Positions 10,989 to 21,978 of a stretch of 64,000 bases of DNA are shown piece after piece. Both the position numbers and the translations under genes were made by a program. This DNA comes from Prochlorococcus sp. AG-347-J14 (GTDB taxonomy: Bacteria > Cyanobacteriota > Cyanobacteriia > PCC-6307 > Cyanobiaceae), in contig QCBU01000007.1 of the NCBI GenBank assembly GCA_003281505.1, positions 3,075-67,074 of the forward strand, read 5' to 3'. The notes beneath the pieces are model-generated. The model had not been told where the DNA came from and did not search any database. It was given only the letters and a program-made list of their open reading frames with translations. Position 1 is the first letter of the stretch. Each line of letters begins with the position of its first letter.

Positions 10989-11994
10989 AAAAAGAATTCT
11001 TTCGGGAGTTCAACCAACTGGTGATTTACATATTGGGAATTGGCTTGGGGCCATAAATAATTGGGTTACGCTTCAAGAGCAATATGAAACATTTCTATGT
11101 GTAGTTGATTTGCACGCAATAACAGCCTCATATAATCCCAAAGAATTATCTAAAAACACTATCTCTACAGCGGCTTTGTACGTTGCTTGTGGGATAGATC
11201 CCAATATATGCTCAATTTTTGTCCAAAGTCAGATTTCAGCGCATTCAGAACTTTGTTGGATATTAAATTGCATGACCCCAATAAATTGGATGGAAAGAAT
11301 GATTCAATTTAAAGAAAAATCCATACAACAAGGTAATAATGTATCTATTGGATTATTTGACTATCCAATACTTATGGCTGCAGACATCCTTCTATATGAT
11401 GCTGACTTCGTACCAGTAGGTGAGGATCAAAAACAACATCTTGAACTTGCGAGAGATATTGCACAACAGAGAATTAATGCCAGATTTAGTAAGGATAAAA
11501 ATATTTTAAAGATCCCTCAACCAATCATCATGAAGAATGGTTCAAAAATAATGAGTTTAATTGATGGTTCAAAAAAGATGAGCAAAAGTGATCCTAATGA
11601 GGGCAGTCGCATTAACTTATTAGATCCTCCTGAAATAATCACAAAAAAAATTAAAAGAGCAAAAAGTGACAGCTATGTTGGAATTGAATTTAATAACCCT
11701 GAGAGACCAGAATCTAAAAATCTTTTGATGATTTATTCCATATTATCTGGCAAAGAAATTTCTCAATGTGAAAATGAATTCTTAGAAACTGGATGGGGGA
11801 CATTTAAAAAATTAATTACTGAACAACTTATTGAATCACTAGAACCTATTCAAAAAAAATATAAATTATTAATTAATGATCCCTATCAACTAAATAAAAT
11901 CCTTAATGAAGGGAAGGAAAAAGCTGAAGATTTAGCGAATCAGACTTTAAAAAGGGTTAAATCAAAATTGGGATTTTTTGAAATGGAGAAATAA
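10978..11994 (+). CDS. trpS: Tryptophan--tRNA ligase
   Basis: GVQPTGDLHIGN (HIGH), VPVGEDQKQH, KMSKS. Confidence 0.98.
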   Translation: MTNKKRILSGVQPTGDLHIGNWLGAINNWVTLQEQYETFLCVVDLHAITASYNPKELSKNTISTAALYVACGIDPNICSIFVQSQISAHSELCWILNCMTPINWMERMIQFKEKSIQQGNNVSIGLFDYPILMAADILLYDADFVPVGEDQKQHLELARDIAQQRINARFSKDKNILKIPQPIIMKNGSKIMSLIDGSKKMSKSDPNEGSRINLLDPPEIITKKIKRAKSDSYVGIEFNNPERPESKNLLMIYSILSGKEISQCENEFLETGWGTFKKLITEQLIESLEPIQKKYKLLINDPYQLNKILNEGKEKAEDLANQTLKRVKSKLGFFEMEK

Positions 11995-11997
11995 ATT

Positions 11998-13914
11998 ATG
12001 CCAATAATTTACTTGCCTGATGGTTCAAAAAAGGTTTTCGAAAAATCTGTAACTATTCTAGAAATTGCCCAGAGTATAGGCGCTGGATTAGCCAAAGCAA
12101 CAATTGCTGGGAAGGTAAATGATGTTCTTCTTGATGCAACAATTCCTATAAATAAAGATTCCAAAGTTGTAATCATCACATCAAAAGATAAAGAAGGAAT
12201 TGAAATAATAAGACATTCTTTCGCTCACCTTATTGGTCATGCAGTTAAACAAATTTACTCTGATATTAAAATGGCGATTGGGCCTGTAATTGAAGATGGT
12301 TTTTATTACGATATTTTCTCTGAATACAGATTTACTCCTGAAGATTTAATAAAAATCGAAAATAGAATTAATAAATTAATAAAAACAAACTATGACGTTG
12401 AAATTTTACAAGTTTCTAAAGAAGAGGCAATTAAAACTTTTAAAGAAAGAGATGAGACTTTTAAATTAAGAATAATTGAAGAAATTCCTGAAGAAGGTCT
12501 CATCAATTTATATAAGCACGAAGAATATATCGACATGTGTAGAGGGCCTCACGTTCCTAACACTAGACATTTGAGACACTTTAAATTACTTAAATTATCA
12601 GGTTCATATTGGAGAGGTAATAGTGAGAATGAATCATTACAGAGAATATATGGAACTGCATGGGCAAAAGAAAAAGAACTCAAAGATTATTTAACAAGAA
12701 TTGAAGAAGCGGAAAAAAGAGATCATAGAAAACTTGGTAAAAAACATTCATTATTTCATATACAAGAAGAATCTCCAGGAATGATTTTTTGGCATCCAAA
12801 TGGATGGACAATCTACCAAGTACTGGAAAAGTACATAAGAGAAATACTCAAAAAAAATGATTATTTAGAAATCAAAACCCCACAAGCTGTTGATAAATCT
12901 CTTTGGGAAAAATCCGGTCATTGGGAGAAATTTAGAGACGATATGTTCACTACTGCATCAGAAAATCGAACATATGCTATTAAACCAATGAATTGTCCAT
13001 GCCATATTCAAGTATTTAATCAAGGTTTAAAAAGTTATAAAGATTTACCAATTCGTCTTGCTGAATTTGGTTCTTGTCACAGAAACGAGCCCTCAGGCGC
13101 ACTACATGGCTTAATGAGAGTAAGAAACTTTACTCAAGACGATGCACACATATTCTGCACAGAAGAGCAAATTCAAGAAGAGGTATCTACTTTTATAGAT
13201 CTTGTTTTCGAAGTTTATAAAACTTTTGGTTTTGATGAAATTATTATAAAATTATCAACACGTCCTGAAAAAAGGGTGGGAAGTGAAGATATTTGGGATA
13301 AATCAGAAGAGGCTCTTACCAAAGCGCTAGATAATAAGAATCTGAAATGGGAACTACAACCTGGTGAAGGTGCTTTTTATGGTCCAAAAATAGAATTCTC
13401 GTTAAAGGATTGTCTTAATAGAGTTTGGCAATGCGGAACTATTCAGGTTGATTTCTCAATGCCTATTAGATTGGATGCAACTTATGTAGATATAGACAAT
13501 GAAAAAAGAAATCCAGTTATGCTGCATAGAGCAATTTTAGGATCCTTTGAAAGATTTATAGGAATTTTAATTGAACAATATGAGGCAAAATTCCCAATTT
13601 GGCTTGCCCCTTATCAAATAATTTTAATAAGCATTACTGATAGAAATATTGAAAAATGTTCAAAGTTTAATGAATTAATAAACAATAATGGTTATCGATC
13701 AAAAGTGGATATTAGGAATGAAAAAATAGGATATAAAATAAGAGAGGCAACTCTCGGCAGAGTTCCTTTAATTGCAGTTATTGGTGATAAAGAAGAGGAA
13801 ATTGATTCAGTAGCTCTAAGAGCTTTGGATGGAACAAATTTAGGAATTTTCGATTTACCTAATCTATATAAATTAATTGATGATTTAATAGCAAAAAAAG
13901 GAAGAATAGAATAA
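11998..13914 (+). CDS. thrS: Threonine--tRNA ligase (with N-terminal TGS domain)
   Basis: [14 protein letters not shown] editing motifs, [19 protein letters not shown]. Confidence 0.98.
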   Translation: MPIIYLPDGSKKVFEKSVTILEIAQSIGAGLAKATIAGKVNDVLLDATIPINKDSKVVIITSKDKEGIEIIRHSFAHLIGHAVKQIYSDIKMAIGPVIEDGFYYDIFSEYRFTPEDLIKIENRINKLIKTNYDVEILQVSKEEAIKTFKERDETFKLRIIEEIPEEGLINLYKHEEYIDMCRGPHVPNTRHLRHFKLLKLSGSYWRGNSENESLQRIYGTAWAKEKELKDYLTRIEEAEKRDHRKLGKKHSLFHIQEESPGMIFWHPNGWTIYQVLEKYIREILKKNDYLEIKTPQAVDKSLWEKSGHWEKFRDDMFTTASENRTYAIKPMNCPCHIQVFNQGLKSYKDLPIRLAEFGSCHRNEPSGALHGLMRVRNFTQDDAHIFCTEEQIQEEVSTFIDLVFEVYKTFGFDEIIIKLSTRPEKRVGSEDIWDKSEEALTKALDNKNLKWELQPGEGAFYGPKIEFSLKDCLNRVWQCGTIQVDFSMPIRLDATYVDIDNEKRNPVMLHRAILGSFERFIGILIEQYEAKFPIWLAPYQIILISITDRNIEKCSKFNELINNNGYRSKVDIRNEKIGYKIREATLGRVPLIAVIGDKEEEIDSVALRALDGTNLGIFDLPNLYKLIDDLIAKKGRIE

Positions 13915-13924
13915 TTTCAAATAG

Positions 13925-14959
13925 ATGAATTTTCTAGCTTGTGATTTAGGAGGTACTAAGGTTCTATTAGGAATATTTAAAAAAGATATAAATGATGATT
14001 CGCCCAAATTAATCTTCAAAAAGAAATATTTATCTTCTGAATGGGGCTCTTTTGAAATAATCCTAGAGGATTTTCTCAAAACAGAATGCAAAAATATTGC
14101 TCATCCTTCTTCTGCATGTTTCGCCGTAGCTGGTCCTTTATCTAAAAACAACGCAAAAATCATTAACTTGTCTTGGAATATTTCTGGAAATGCTTTACAG
14201 AGCAAATTTAATTTTAAAAGCTGCGAGCTAATAAATGATTTCGCTGTACAAATTTATGGAATACCTTTTTTAAAAAAAAATCAATATTCCACTATCCAAA
14301 ATGGATCCAATTCTGAAGGTGCTAATAATGATTTGCATGCCATCGTTGGAGCGGGGACTGGCTTGGGGATTGCAAGAGGAATAATATCAGGGAAAAGGGT
14401 AAAAGTTTTAGCTAGTGAAGGTGGTCATGTTGAATACTCGCCAAAGTCAAAATTAGAATGGGATTTAAAAATTTGGCTTAAGAATTACCTAAAAGTTGAA
14501 AGGATATCTTGTGAAAGAATTATTAGCGGTCCTGGTTTATCTAGAATTGCCGAGTGGAGACTAAGCAAACCTGATGCCCAAAACCATCCTCTACAAAATT
14601 ATTTAAAAAAGATTAAAATTTTTGATGCTGCGAGAAAAGAACTACCTGAAAAAATTTGTAATCTTTCGAAAGAAGGTGATCAGCTAATGATTGAAGTTGA
14701 GAGGATTTGGTTAGGCGCTTATGCCTCTTTATTGGGAGATGTTGCTCTTCAAGAATTGTGCTTTGGTGGATTATGGATTTCTGGAGGAACAGCATCAAAA
14801 CATTTCAAAAACTTTAAATCAGACTTATTTTTAAAACAATTTTTCGACAAGGGAAGATTAAAAGATATTCTTAAAACTATACCTATAAAAGTAATTTTAG
14901 ATGAAGAGTTTGGACTTTTTAGTGCAGCCTGCAGAGCAAAAATGCTTTTAAAAACTTAA
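13925..14959 (+). CDS. glk: Glucokinase (E. coli Glk type)
   Basis: DLGGTK, INDF, GAGTGLG, SEGGH. Confidence 0.93.
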   Translation: MNFLACDLGGTKVLLGIFKKDINDDSPKLIFKKKYLSSEWGSFEIILEDFLKTECKNIAHPSSACFAVAGPLSKNNAKIINLSWNISGNALQSKFNFKSCELINDFAVQIYGIPFLKKNQYSTIQNGSNSEGANNDLHAIVGAGTGLGIARGIISGKRVKVLASEGGHVEYSPKSKLEWDLKIWLKNYLKVERISCERIISGPGLSRIAEWRLSKPDAQNHPLQNYLKKIKIFDAARKELPEKICNLSKEGDQLMIEVERIWLGAYASLLGDVALQELCFGGLWISGGTASKHFKNFKSDLFLKQFFDKGRLKDILKTIPIKVILDEEFGLFSAACRAKMLLKT

Positions 14960-14967
14960 AACCAAAA

Positions 14968-15915
14968 ATGTCTATTCCTGAAGTAGGTAAAAAAATAAGG
15001 GTAACAGTGCCTTCCACAACTGCCAATTTAGGGCCTGGATTCGATTGCCTTGGAGCAGCATTAGATTTGTACAATGAGTTTATTTTTACAAGAATTGAAG
15101 GTGGTGGAGATAGATTTGATTTAATAATGGAAAGTACCGATGGTAATCATTTAAGAGGAGGGCCTGAAAACTTAGTTTTTAGAGCAGCTCAGAAAGTATG
15201 GGAGAGCGCAAATATGGATCCTTTTGCACTTGAAGCAAGAGTTAAATTAGCAGTGCCCCCTGCACGCGGGCTTGGAAGTAGTGCTACAGCAATAGTTGCT
15301 GGATTAATCGGAGCAAATGCAATAATGAACTCTCCATTGTCCAAAGAAAAACTCCTTGAACTTGCCATTGATATAGAAGGCCATCCTGATAATGTAGTGC
15401 CCTCTCTTCTGGGTGGGCTTTGCTTGACTGCTAGGTCTTCTTCTCAAAGATGGAGAATCATTAGATGTGATTGGCACGATTCAATTAAAGCTGTCGTAGC
15501 AATACCTGCAATTCGTCTAAGCACAAGTGAAGCAAGAAAGGTTATGCCCAAGAATGTACCCATATCTGATGCAGTTACAAATATGGGAGCACTTACTTTG
15601 TTACTAAACGGCTTAAAAGCAGGTAATGCGGAACTTATAAAAGAGGGAATGTTTGATAAGTTACATGAACCCTACAGATGGAAACTTATTAAGGGTGGAT
15701 TAGACGTTAAAGATGCCGCACTAAATGCAGGCGCTCTTGGATGCGCAATTAGTGGAGCTGGGCCAAGTATCTTAGCTTTGTGTAAAAAAGAAAATGGTAA
15801 AAACGTCAGTCAAGCCATGGTTAAAGCATGGGAGAAGTCAGGTGTAGCTAGCAGAGCACCGTTCTTAAACGTTCAAACAATGGGCAGCCAATTTAGCACT
15901 ATCTCTGGTAAGTAG
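14968..15915 (+). CDS. thrB: Homoserine kinase
   Basis: ANLGPGFD, PPARGLGSSA GHMP motif, EGHPDNV, ISGAGPS. Confidence 0.96.
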   Translation: MSIPEVGKKIRVTVPSTTANLGPGFDCLGAALDLYNEFIFTRIEGGGDRFDLIMESTDGNHLRGGPENLVFRAAQKVWESANMDPFALEARVKLAVPPARGLGSSATAIVAGLIGANAIMNSPLSKEKLLELAIDIEGHPDNVVPSLLGGLCLTARSSSQRWRIIRCDWHDSIKAVVAIPAIRLSTSEARKVMPKNVPISDAVTNMGALTLLLNGLKAGNAELIKEGMFDKLHEPYRWKLIKGGLDVKDAALNAGALGCAISGAGPSILALCKKENGKNVSQAMVKAWEKSGVASRAPFLNVQTMGSQFSTISGK

Positions 15916-15994
15916 TTTTACTTAGGCATTTTTAATGTTATAGTCTCAAGCTAGTACAACTTCAACTAGAATAAAAAAATTATTCATTACATAA

Positions 15995-17536
15995 ATGAAT
16001 TTAGAAACTTTTCCATGGCTATCATCTATTGTTTTACTGCCTTTAATTGGGGCATTAATAATGCCTTTCTTGAGTTCAAAAGAAGGAGAAGATAATTCAC
16101 TCCCTAGAAATATTTCATTAAGTTTTTTATTTATAGATTTTTTACTAATAATCGGCGTCCTTTTTCAAAAATTCAATACTTCAGATAGCTCTTTACAACT
16201 GGTAGAAAGAGCTTCCTGGTTACCATCAATAGGCTTGGAGTGGTCTCTTGGCGTAGATGGATTATCTGCACCTTTAATAGCTTTAAGTGGGTTAATTACA
16301 TTTTTATCAGCAGCGGCTAGTTGGAAAATTAAGAAAAAATCGAACTTATATTTTGCTCTTTTATTAATCCAATCATCAGCACAGGCACTAGTTTTCCTTT
16401 CTCAAGATTTTCTATTATTTTTCTTGGCATGGGAACTTGAATTAGTTCCGGTATATCTTCTTATTGCAATTTGGGGAGGGAAAAAGAAATTATATGCGGC
16501 CACTAAATTCATTCTTTATACAGCTTTAGCTTCTTTATTAATACTCATAAGTGGGTTAGCACTTGCCTTGAGTGGCGATACCTTTACTTTAAACATCACC
16601 GATTTAACAAATAAACATGTAACAGGCAGCCTAGCTTTATTATCCTATTTAGGATTTTTAATTGGTTTTGGAGTAAAACTTCCTATCTTTCCATTACATA
16701 CCTGGTTACCCGATGCACATGGAGAGGCTAATGCTCCAGTTTCAATGTTACTCGCTGGAATACTCTTAAAAATGGGAGGTTATGCTCTCTTAAGATTTAA
16801 TGTTCAAATTCTACCTGAAGTACATCTTCAAATTGCACCTGCGCTAATTATCCTTGGGATCATTAATATAATCTACGGAGCTCTTAATGCATTTGCTCAA
16901 GATAATGTTAAAAGGAGAATCGCATGTAGCTCTGTGAGTCATATGGGTTTTGTTCTTTTAGGGATTGGAGCTGTAGATGCTCTAGGTATAAGCGGAGCAA
17001 TGCTTCAAATGATAAGTCACGGACTCATAGCTGCAGCTATGTTTTTTGTTACGGGCTCATTCTATGAGAGAACAAATACTCTTTCAATACCAAACATGGG
17101 CGGTTTAGCAAAGGTCTTGCCAATAACTTTCGCATTTTTCTTGGCAAGTTCTTTAGCCTCTCTAGCCCTACCTGGGATGAGCGGTTTTATAAGTGAAATA
17201 ACTGTATTTTTAGGAATCACTAGTCAAGAAGGCTTCAGCTCTATCTTTAGATCGATCACTATTCTTATTGCAGCTATAGGTTTAGTTCTAACACCAATAT
17301 ATCTACTATCAATGTGTAGAAGAGTATTCTTTGGCCCTAGAATTCCTGCACTAGCAACAGTAAAAGAGATGAATGGTCGAGAATTGACGATTGGTTTCAG
17401 CTTATTGTTGCCTACTTTAGTGATAGGTTTTTGGCCAAAAATTGCGATAAATTTATACGAATCTTCAACCAATGCTCTCAGTCAGCAGCTTACTCTAGCT
17501 AAATTGATAGGATTAATTCCAACTTTAGTTAACTAA
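15995..17536 (+). CDS. ndhD: NAD(P)H-quinone oxidoreductase subunit 4
   Basis: Multi-TM; [27 protein letters not shown]. Confidence 0.94.
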   Translation: MNLETFPWLSSIVLLPLIGALIMPFLSSKEGEDNSLPRNISLSFLFIDFLLIIGVLFQKFNTSDSSLQLVERASWLPSIGLEWSLGVDGLSAPLIALSGLITFLSAAASWKIKKKSNLYFALLLIQSSAQALVFLSQDFLLFFLAWELELVPVYLLIAIWGGKKKLYAATKFILYTALASLLILISGLALALSGDTFTLNITDLTNKHVTGSLALLSYLGFLIGFGVKLPIFPLHTWLPDAHGEANAPVSMLLAGILLKMGGYALLRFNVQILPEVHLQIAPALIILGIINIIYGALNAFAQDNVKRRIACSSVSHMGFVLLGIGAVDALGISGAMLQMISHGLIAAAMFFVTGSFYERTNTLSIPNMGGLAKVLPITFAFFLASSLASLALPGMSGFISEITVFLGITSQEGFSSIFRSITILIAAIGLVLTPIYLLSMCRRVFFGPRIPALATVKEMNGRELTIGFSLLLPTLVIGFWPKIAINLYESSTNALSQQLTLAKLIGLIPTLVN

Positions 17537-17549
17537 ATTATTTTAATAA

Positions 17550-19637
17550 ATGGATACCTCAATCTTTAAATATGGAGAATTACCTGAATTTAAAAAATTT
17601 ACTTCCGAAAAAATAACTAAACAATTTCCAGTAGTTCTTAAAAAGATCGACGAAGACTTTCAAAAGATAGAGAAAGATTTATCTAATTATTTGATTCAAA
17701 ACAATTTAAATTGGGATAAAGTTATAGATCCTTTAAATGAAGTCAATGAAATACTTAGATGGAGTTGGGGAGTAATAAGTCACCTAAATGCTGTAAATAA
17801 TTCTGAAAGTCTTAGAGATATTTATTCAAAATTTCTTCCAGAGATTATTAGCTTGAGTAACAAATTTGGACAAAGTAAAATAATTTATAATTCTTTAGTC
17901 AAGCTTAAAGAGACAAACAACTTTGATCAAATAAAAAAAAGAATTTTAGATAAAGAAATTCTTGAGATGCAACATAGGGGAATTTCACTACAAAAACATG
18001 ATCAAGAAGAATTTAACAAAATTTCAGAAAAACTTGGAAAGCTGTCAACCCAATTCAGTAACAATGTTCTTGATGCCACTAACGAATGGTTTTTAATATT
18101 AAATAAAAAATCTGAAGTCGATGGTCTTCCAGAACGAGTACTTGAATTGATGGCAATTTCTGCACACAATCACTTAAAAAAAGATGAAAAAGTTGATATT
18201 AAAAATGGTCCTTGGAAATTAAGTCTAGATATTCCAACTTATACTTCGTTCATGACATATGCTAACGAGCGTAATCTTAGAGAAAAACTATACAAGGCAT
18301 TCGTTAGTAGGGCGTCTCAAGGAGAAAAAAATAATTCTCAAATCATTGAAGATATATTATCTCTTAGAACTAAACAAGCTAATCTTCTCGGTTATAAAAG
18401 TTGGGCAGAACTAAGTTTGTCGACGAAAATGGCAAAAGAAATTAAAAATGTAGAAAACCTTTTAGAAGAATTGAGAGAACCAGCATATAAAGCTGCAAAA
18501 ATTGAATTAGAAACGCTCGATAAGTTTTCTAAAGCTAATGGGTTTCCAAAATCGCAGAATATTGAGGCATGGGATATTAGTTATTGGTCTGAACTTCTTA
18601 GAAAGGAAAAGCTCAATTTGGATCAAGAGTCTTTGAGACCTTGGTTCCCATTAAATGATGTTTTGAAAGGTTTATTTAAATTAAGTGAGAAGCTTTTTGA
18701 AATTAAAGTAGTAGAGGCGACTGATGAGGCTCCTCTATGGAATGATGACGTCTTATTTTTTAATATCCTCAATAAAGAAGATAAGAAAATAGCATCTTTT
18801 TACCTGGATCCATATTCGAGGCCTGAATCAAAGAGAGGAGGAGCTTGGATGGATGAATGTTTGAATAAAAATAATGTTGGCAAAAAGACCCTCCCTGTAG
18901 CTTATCTCGTTTGTAATCAGACTCCACCATCAAAAGATAAACCTAGTTTGATGAGTTTTGAAGAAGTTCAGACACTTTTCCATGAATTTGGTCATGGTCT
19001 CCAACACATGCTAACTACTGTAAATCTTCCTCAAGCAGCTGGCATAAACAACGTTGAGTGGGACGCAGTCGAACTTCCAAGTCAATTTATGGAAAACTGG
19101 TGTTTTCATAAAAATACACTTATGAATATTGCTAAGCACTACAAAACAGGAGAAAAATTATCCGATGAGAATTTTGAGAAGCTCCTAAAGAATAGAACTT
19201 TTAATTGTGGTATGGCTACTCTTAGACAACTACATTTTGCAATAACAGACCTCAGATTGCACAGTAGTATTGATAAAAACGAAGGTAAAACAGCCGATGA
19301 GATAAGAAGAGAAATTGCAAAACAAACTACTGTTATTGAACCAATTCAAGAAGATCACTTTCTTTGTTGTTTTAGTCATATATTTGCAGGTGGATATTCT
19401 GCAGGATATTACTCATATAAATGGGCTGAAGTTCTAAGTGCTGATGCATTTTCTATGTTTGAAGAAGCTGATCTAGAAAACTCTGAAGATTTAAAGTTTA
19501 TAGGAAAGAAATTCAAAGATACAATACTTAGCTTAGGAGGGAGCCTTCCTCCATTAGAGATATTTAAACTATTCAGGGGAAGAGAGCCACAAACTGATTC
19601 CTTAATAAAGCACTTAGGTCTATCTGGAGCTACTTAA
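17550..19637 (+). CDS. prlC: Oligopeptidase A (M3 family)
   Basis: FHEFGHGLQH zincin motif, WDAVELPSQ, HIFAGGYSAGYYSY. Confidence 0.94.
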   Translation: MDTSIFKYGELPEFKKFTSEKITKQFPVVLKKIDEDFQKIEKDLSNYLIQNNLNWDKVIDPLNEVNEILRWSWGVISHLNAVNNSESLRDIYSKFLPEIISLSNKFGQSKIIYNSLVKLKETNNFDQIKKRILDKEILEMQHRGISLQKHDQEEFNKISEKLGKLSTQFSNNVLDATNEWFLILNKKSEVDGLPERVLELMAISAHNHLKKDEKVDIKNGPWKLSLDIPTYTSFMTYANERNLREKLYKAFVSRASQGEKNNSQIIEDILSLRTKQANLLGYKSWAELSLSTKMAKEIKNVENLLEELREPAYKAAKIELETLDKFSKANGFPKSQNIEAWDISYWSELLRKEKLNLDQESLRPWFPLNDVLKGLFKLSEKLFEIKVVEATDEAPLWNDDVLFFNILNKEDKKIASFYLDPYSRPESKRGGAWMDECLNKNNVGKKTLPVAYLVCNQTPPSKDKPSLMSFEEVQTLFHEFGHGLQHMLTTVNLPQAAGINNVEWDAVELPSQFMENWCFHKNTLMNIAKHYKTGEKLSDENFEKLLKNRTFNCGMATLRQLHFAITDLRLHSSIDKNEGKTADEIRREIAKQTTVIEPIQEDHFLCCFSHIFAGGYSAGYYSYKWAEVLSADAFSMFEEADLENSEDLKFIGKKFKDTILSLGGSLPPLEIFKLFRGREPQTDSLIKHLGLSGAT

Positions 19638-20241
19638 TAATTTCGTCGATTATTTTGTCAACCACAGATTGATTTCTTACAAGGTTTCTATGTTTGTATA
19701 CTTTTACTGATATATTTTTTCCAAAATTTAAATTTGTCCACCAGCCAGGGAAAACCATCATATCCCAATAAGTAAAAAAATTTATACACTCAATTTCATC
19801 GAGAAAAAAATCATTATTTGCGAGTTCTCTTAAAAACTTACTATTTATTTTCATTTCTGATATTCCCTTAAAGGGGTATTTAGGTATTAATTGAGCCATC
19901 AAAGTTCCTTTATGAGGTGAACCTATAGATATTAATCTTCTTGTTCTTTTATGCCCATTAAATTTTTGAAGCCAGTATCTACCAATTATTCCTCCCATAG
20001 AAAATCCCAAAATATCTATTTCTTTTTCTAAACCATATTTCTCTAAAATTAATTCGTTTAATTTATTAGTCAATTCCAAAATTGAAGTCATTCCATATGA
20101 ATGCTTAAGAGTTGGGGCAAAATATTCAACTTCAATATCATCAAGTTTTGAGGTAATAGAAGAAAAAATACTTGAAGTATTCCAAAGACCATGAATCAAT
20201 ATAATAGGATTCCTTTTTTCCAATACTTTAATTATTTTCAA
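19630..20241 (-). CDS. Alpha/beta hydrolase (lipase/esterase family)
   Basis: LIHGL, GFSMGG nucleophile elbow, SPHKGT. Confidence 0.85.
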   Translation of the reverse strand: MKIIKVLEKRNPIILIHGLWNTSSIFSSITSKLDDIEVEYFAPTLKHSYGMTSILELTNKLNELILEKYGLEKEIDILGFSMGGIIGRYWLQKFNGHKRTRRLISIGSPHKGTLMAQLIPKYPFKGISEMKINSKFLRELANNDFFLDEIECINFFTYWDMMVFPGWWTNLNFGKNISVKVYKHRNLVRNQSVVDKIIDEIIK

Positions 20242-20590
20242 GAATTCTTACTATTGACACCTTCCCATCGAAACCTGTAATTGGAGGCTTAAATTTTGTC
20301 AAAATAATTTTAACTTTAGAAAGCTTAAATTCCTGATTAATGATTTCTAAAATTTCGTTTGAATATTTCTCGATTGTAAAACAATATATTTTCTTTGATT
20401 GGTCTTTTAAAATTTGAACTAATTTTGAATAGTCAATTGTTTTTTCTATATCATCATTTACTGTACATTTTTCAAAATCAGTCCACAAAAATATATCTAA
20501 AATAAATAGTTGTCCCAATTCCCTTTCTTCATCAAGAACACCAACCCTAGCCCAAAGTTTAATATTCTCAATTTTTAAAAAAGTTTCCAT
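20228..20590 (-). CDS. folB: Dihydroneopterin aldolase
   Basis: VGVLDEERELGQ, TIDYS. Confidence 0.88.
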   Translation of the reverse strand: METFLKIENIKLWARVGVLDEERELGQLFILDIFLWTDFEKCTVNDDIEKTIDYSKLVQILKDQSKKIYCFTIEKYSNEILEIINQEFKLSKVKIILTKFKPPITGFDGKVSIVRILENN

Positions 20591-20601
20591 CTTTAAAAGT
20601 T

Positions 20602-21912
20602 TTAAAGATCTTTATGCGTGTAGACAGCCTTTCCTGATGAAAAATCATCAACTATATTTCCATCACCTTTAAGAAAATATTTATAAGTTACCAAACCTTC
20701 CAGACCTACGGGTCCCCTAGGTGGAAGAGTTTGAGTAGATATGCCAACTTCAGCGCCAAATCCATATCTAAACCCATCTGCAAACCTAGTTGAGCAATTA
20801 TGAAAAACACCTGCACTATCAACTACATTCATAAATTTATTGGCAGTATTTGAATTATCAGTAATTATTCCATCTGTATGTTTTGAACTATATTTTTGAA
20901 TATGTATGATTGCCTCCTCAAGATCATCAACAATTTTTATCGATAGAATTAAATCCAAATATTCAGTTCCCCAATCTTCTAGGCTAGCCTCATACTTTAA
21001 CCCTAATTCGACTGATCTTTTATCTCCGATTAATTTAACATCACTAGAATTAAAAAGAGGGATGGCCTTTTCTAAAAAAGCTGGTGCGATATCTTTATGG
21101 ACTAATAAAGTTTCGATAGCATTACATGCTGCCGGATATTGAATTTTGCTGTCCAAAGCAACTGATAAAGCCATCTCTATATTTGCCTCAATATCTATGA
21201 ACAAATGACAAATTCCATCAGCATGTCCTAGCACAGGAATCTTTGTATTCTCCTGAATAAATTTAACTAATTCATTACTTCCTCTTGGAATTATTAAATT
21301 AATATATTTCTCAAGATTTAACATCGCCATGCTATCTTTCCTGCTTGTTAGTAAACATATTGCATTTTTATCAAGGCCTGATTCATTTAAACCTTCTTGT
21401 AATGCTTTCACTATTAAAGTATTTGTTAAATTGGCTTCACTACCTCCCTTTAGCATTACTCCATTACCCGATCTTATTGCTAAAGAACTAATCTGCATTA
21501 CGGCATCTGGCCTTGATTCAAAAATAACCCCTAAGACTCCAATTGGCACAGTTTTTCTTTCTAAGATCAATCCCTTTGCAATCTCTCTTTTTATTTGAAC
21601 TTGATTTACTGGATCAGCTAAATCGCCAACTTTTCTTACTCCTTCAATTGCTGAATTTAATTTTGATTTTGATAACTTTAATCTAGAAAGTAAAGCCCTA
21701 GAAATACCCTTTTTTTCTGCATTTGAATAATCCTCATTATTAGCCTCTAATATTTCTTTAGAATTTTTTTCTAGATAATCCGCCATAAAATTTAAGGCTT
21801 TAATTCGTTTTTGATTTTCAGTCTGACTTATTTTTATTGAAGCCAAACGAACTTTCTCAGCTTTTTCTAAAAGATCATTTCCTGGTTGGGGAACTTCAAA
21901 GATATTAGCCAT
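20602..21912 (-). CDS. proA: Gamma-glutamyl phosphate reductase
   Basis: IFESRP, CNAIETLL, STRFADGFRYGFGAEVGIST, RGPVGL. Confidence 0.97.
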   Translation of the reverse strand: MANIFEVPQPGNDLLEKAEKVRLASIKISQTENQKRIKALNFMADYLEKNSKEILEANNEDYSNAEKKGISRALLSRLKLSKSKLNSAIEGVRKVGDLADPVNQVQIKREIAKGLILERKTVPIGVLGVIFESRPDAVMQISSLAIRSGNGVMLKGGSEANLTNTLIVKALQEGLNESGLDKNAICLLTSRKDSMAMLNLEKYINLIIPRGSNELVKFIQENTKIPVLGHADGICHLFIDIEANIEMALSVALDSKIQYPAACNAIETLLVHKDIAPAFLEKAIPLFNSSDVKLIGDKRSVELGLKYEASLEDWGTEYLDLILSIKIVDDLEEAIIHIQKYSSKHTDGIITDNSNTANKFMNVVDSAGVFHNCSTRFADGFRYGFGAEVGISTQTLPPRGPVGLEGLVTYKYFLKGDGNIVDDFSSGKAVYTHKDL

Positions 21913-21978
21913 AATATTTTTTAGTTAATCTAATAATAATTCAAATTAACGATTCTTTAAAGTAAATTTCTTTCTAAA

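Noticed and set aside
15908-15921. GTA-N8-TAC NtcA-like box upstream of ndhD
   Set aside because: Overlaps the thrB stop; spacing to the nearest -10-like hexamers (17-19 nt) is non-canonical; the motif is frequent by chance
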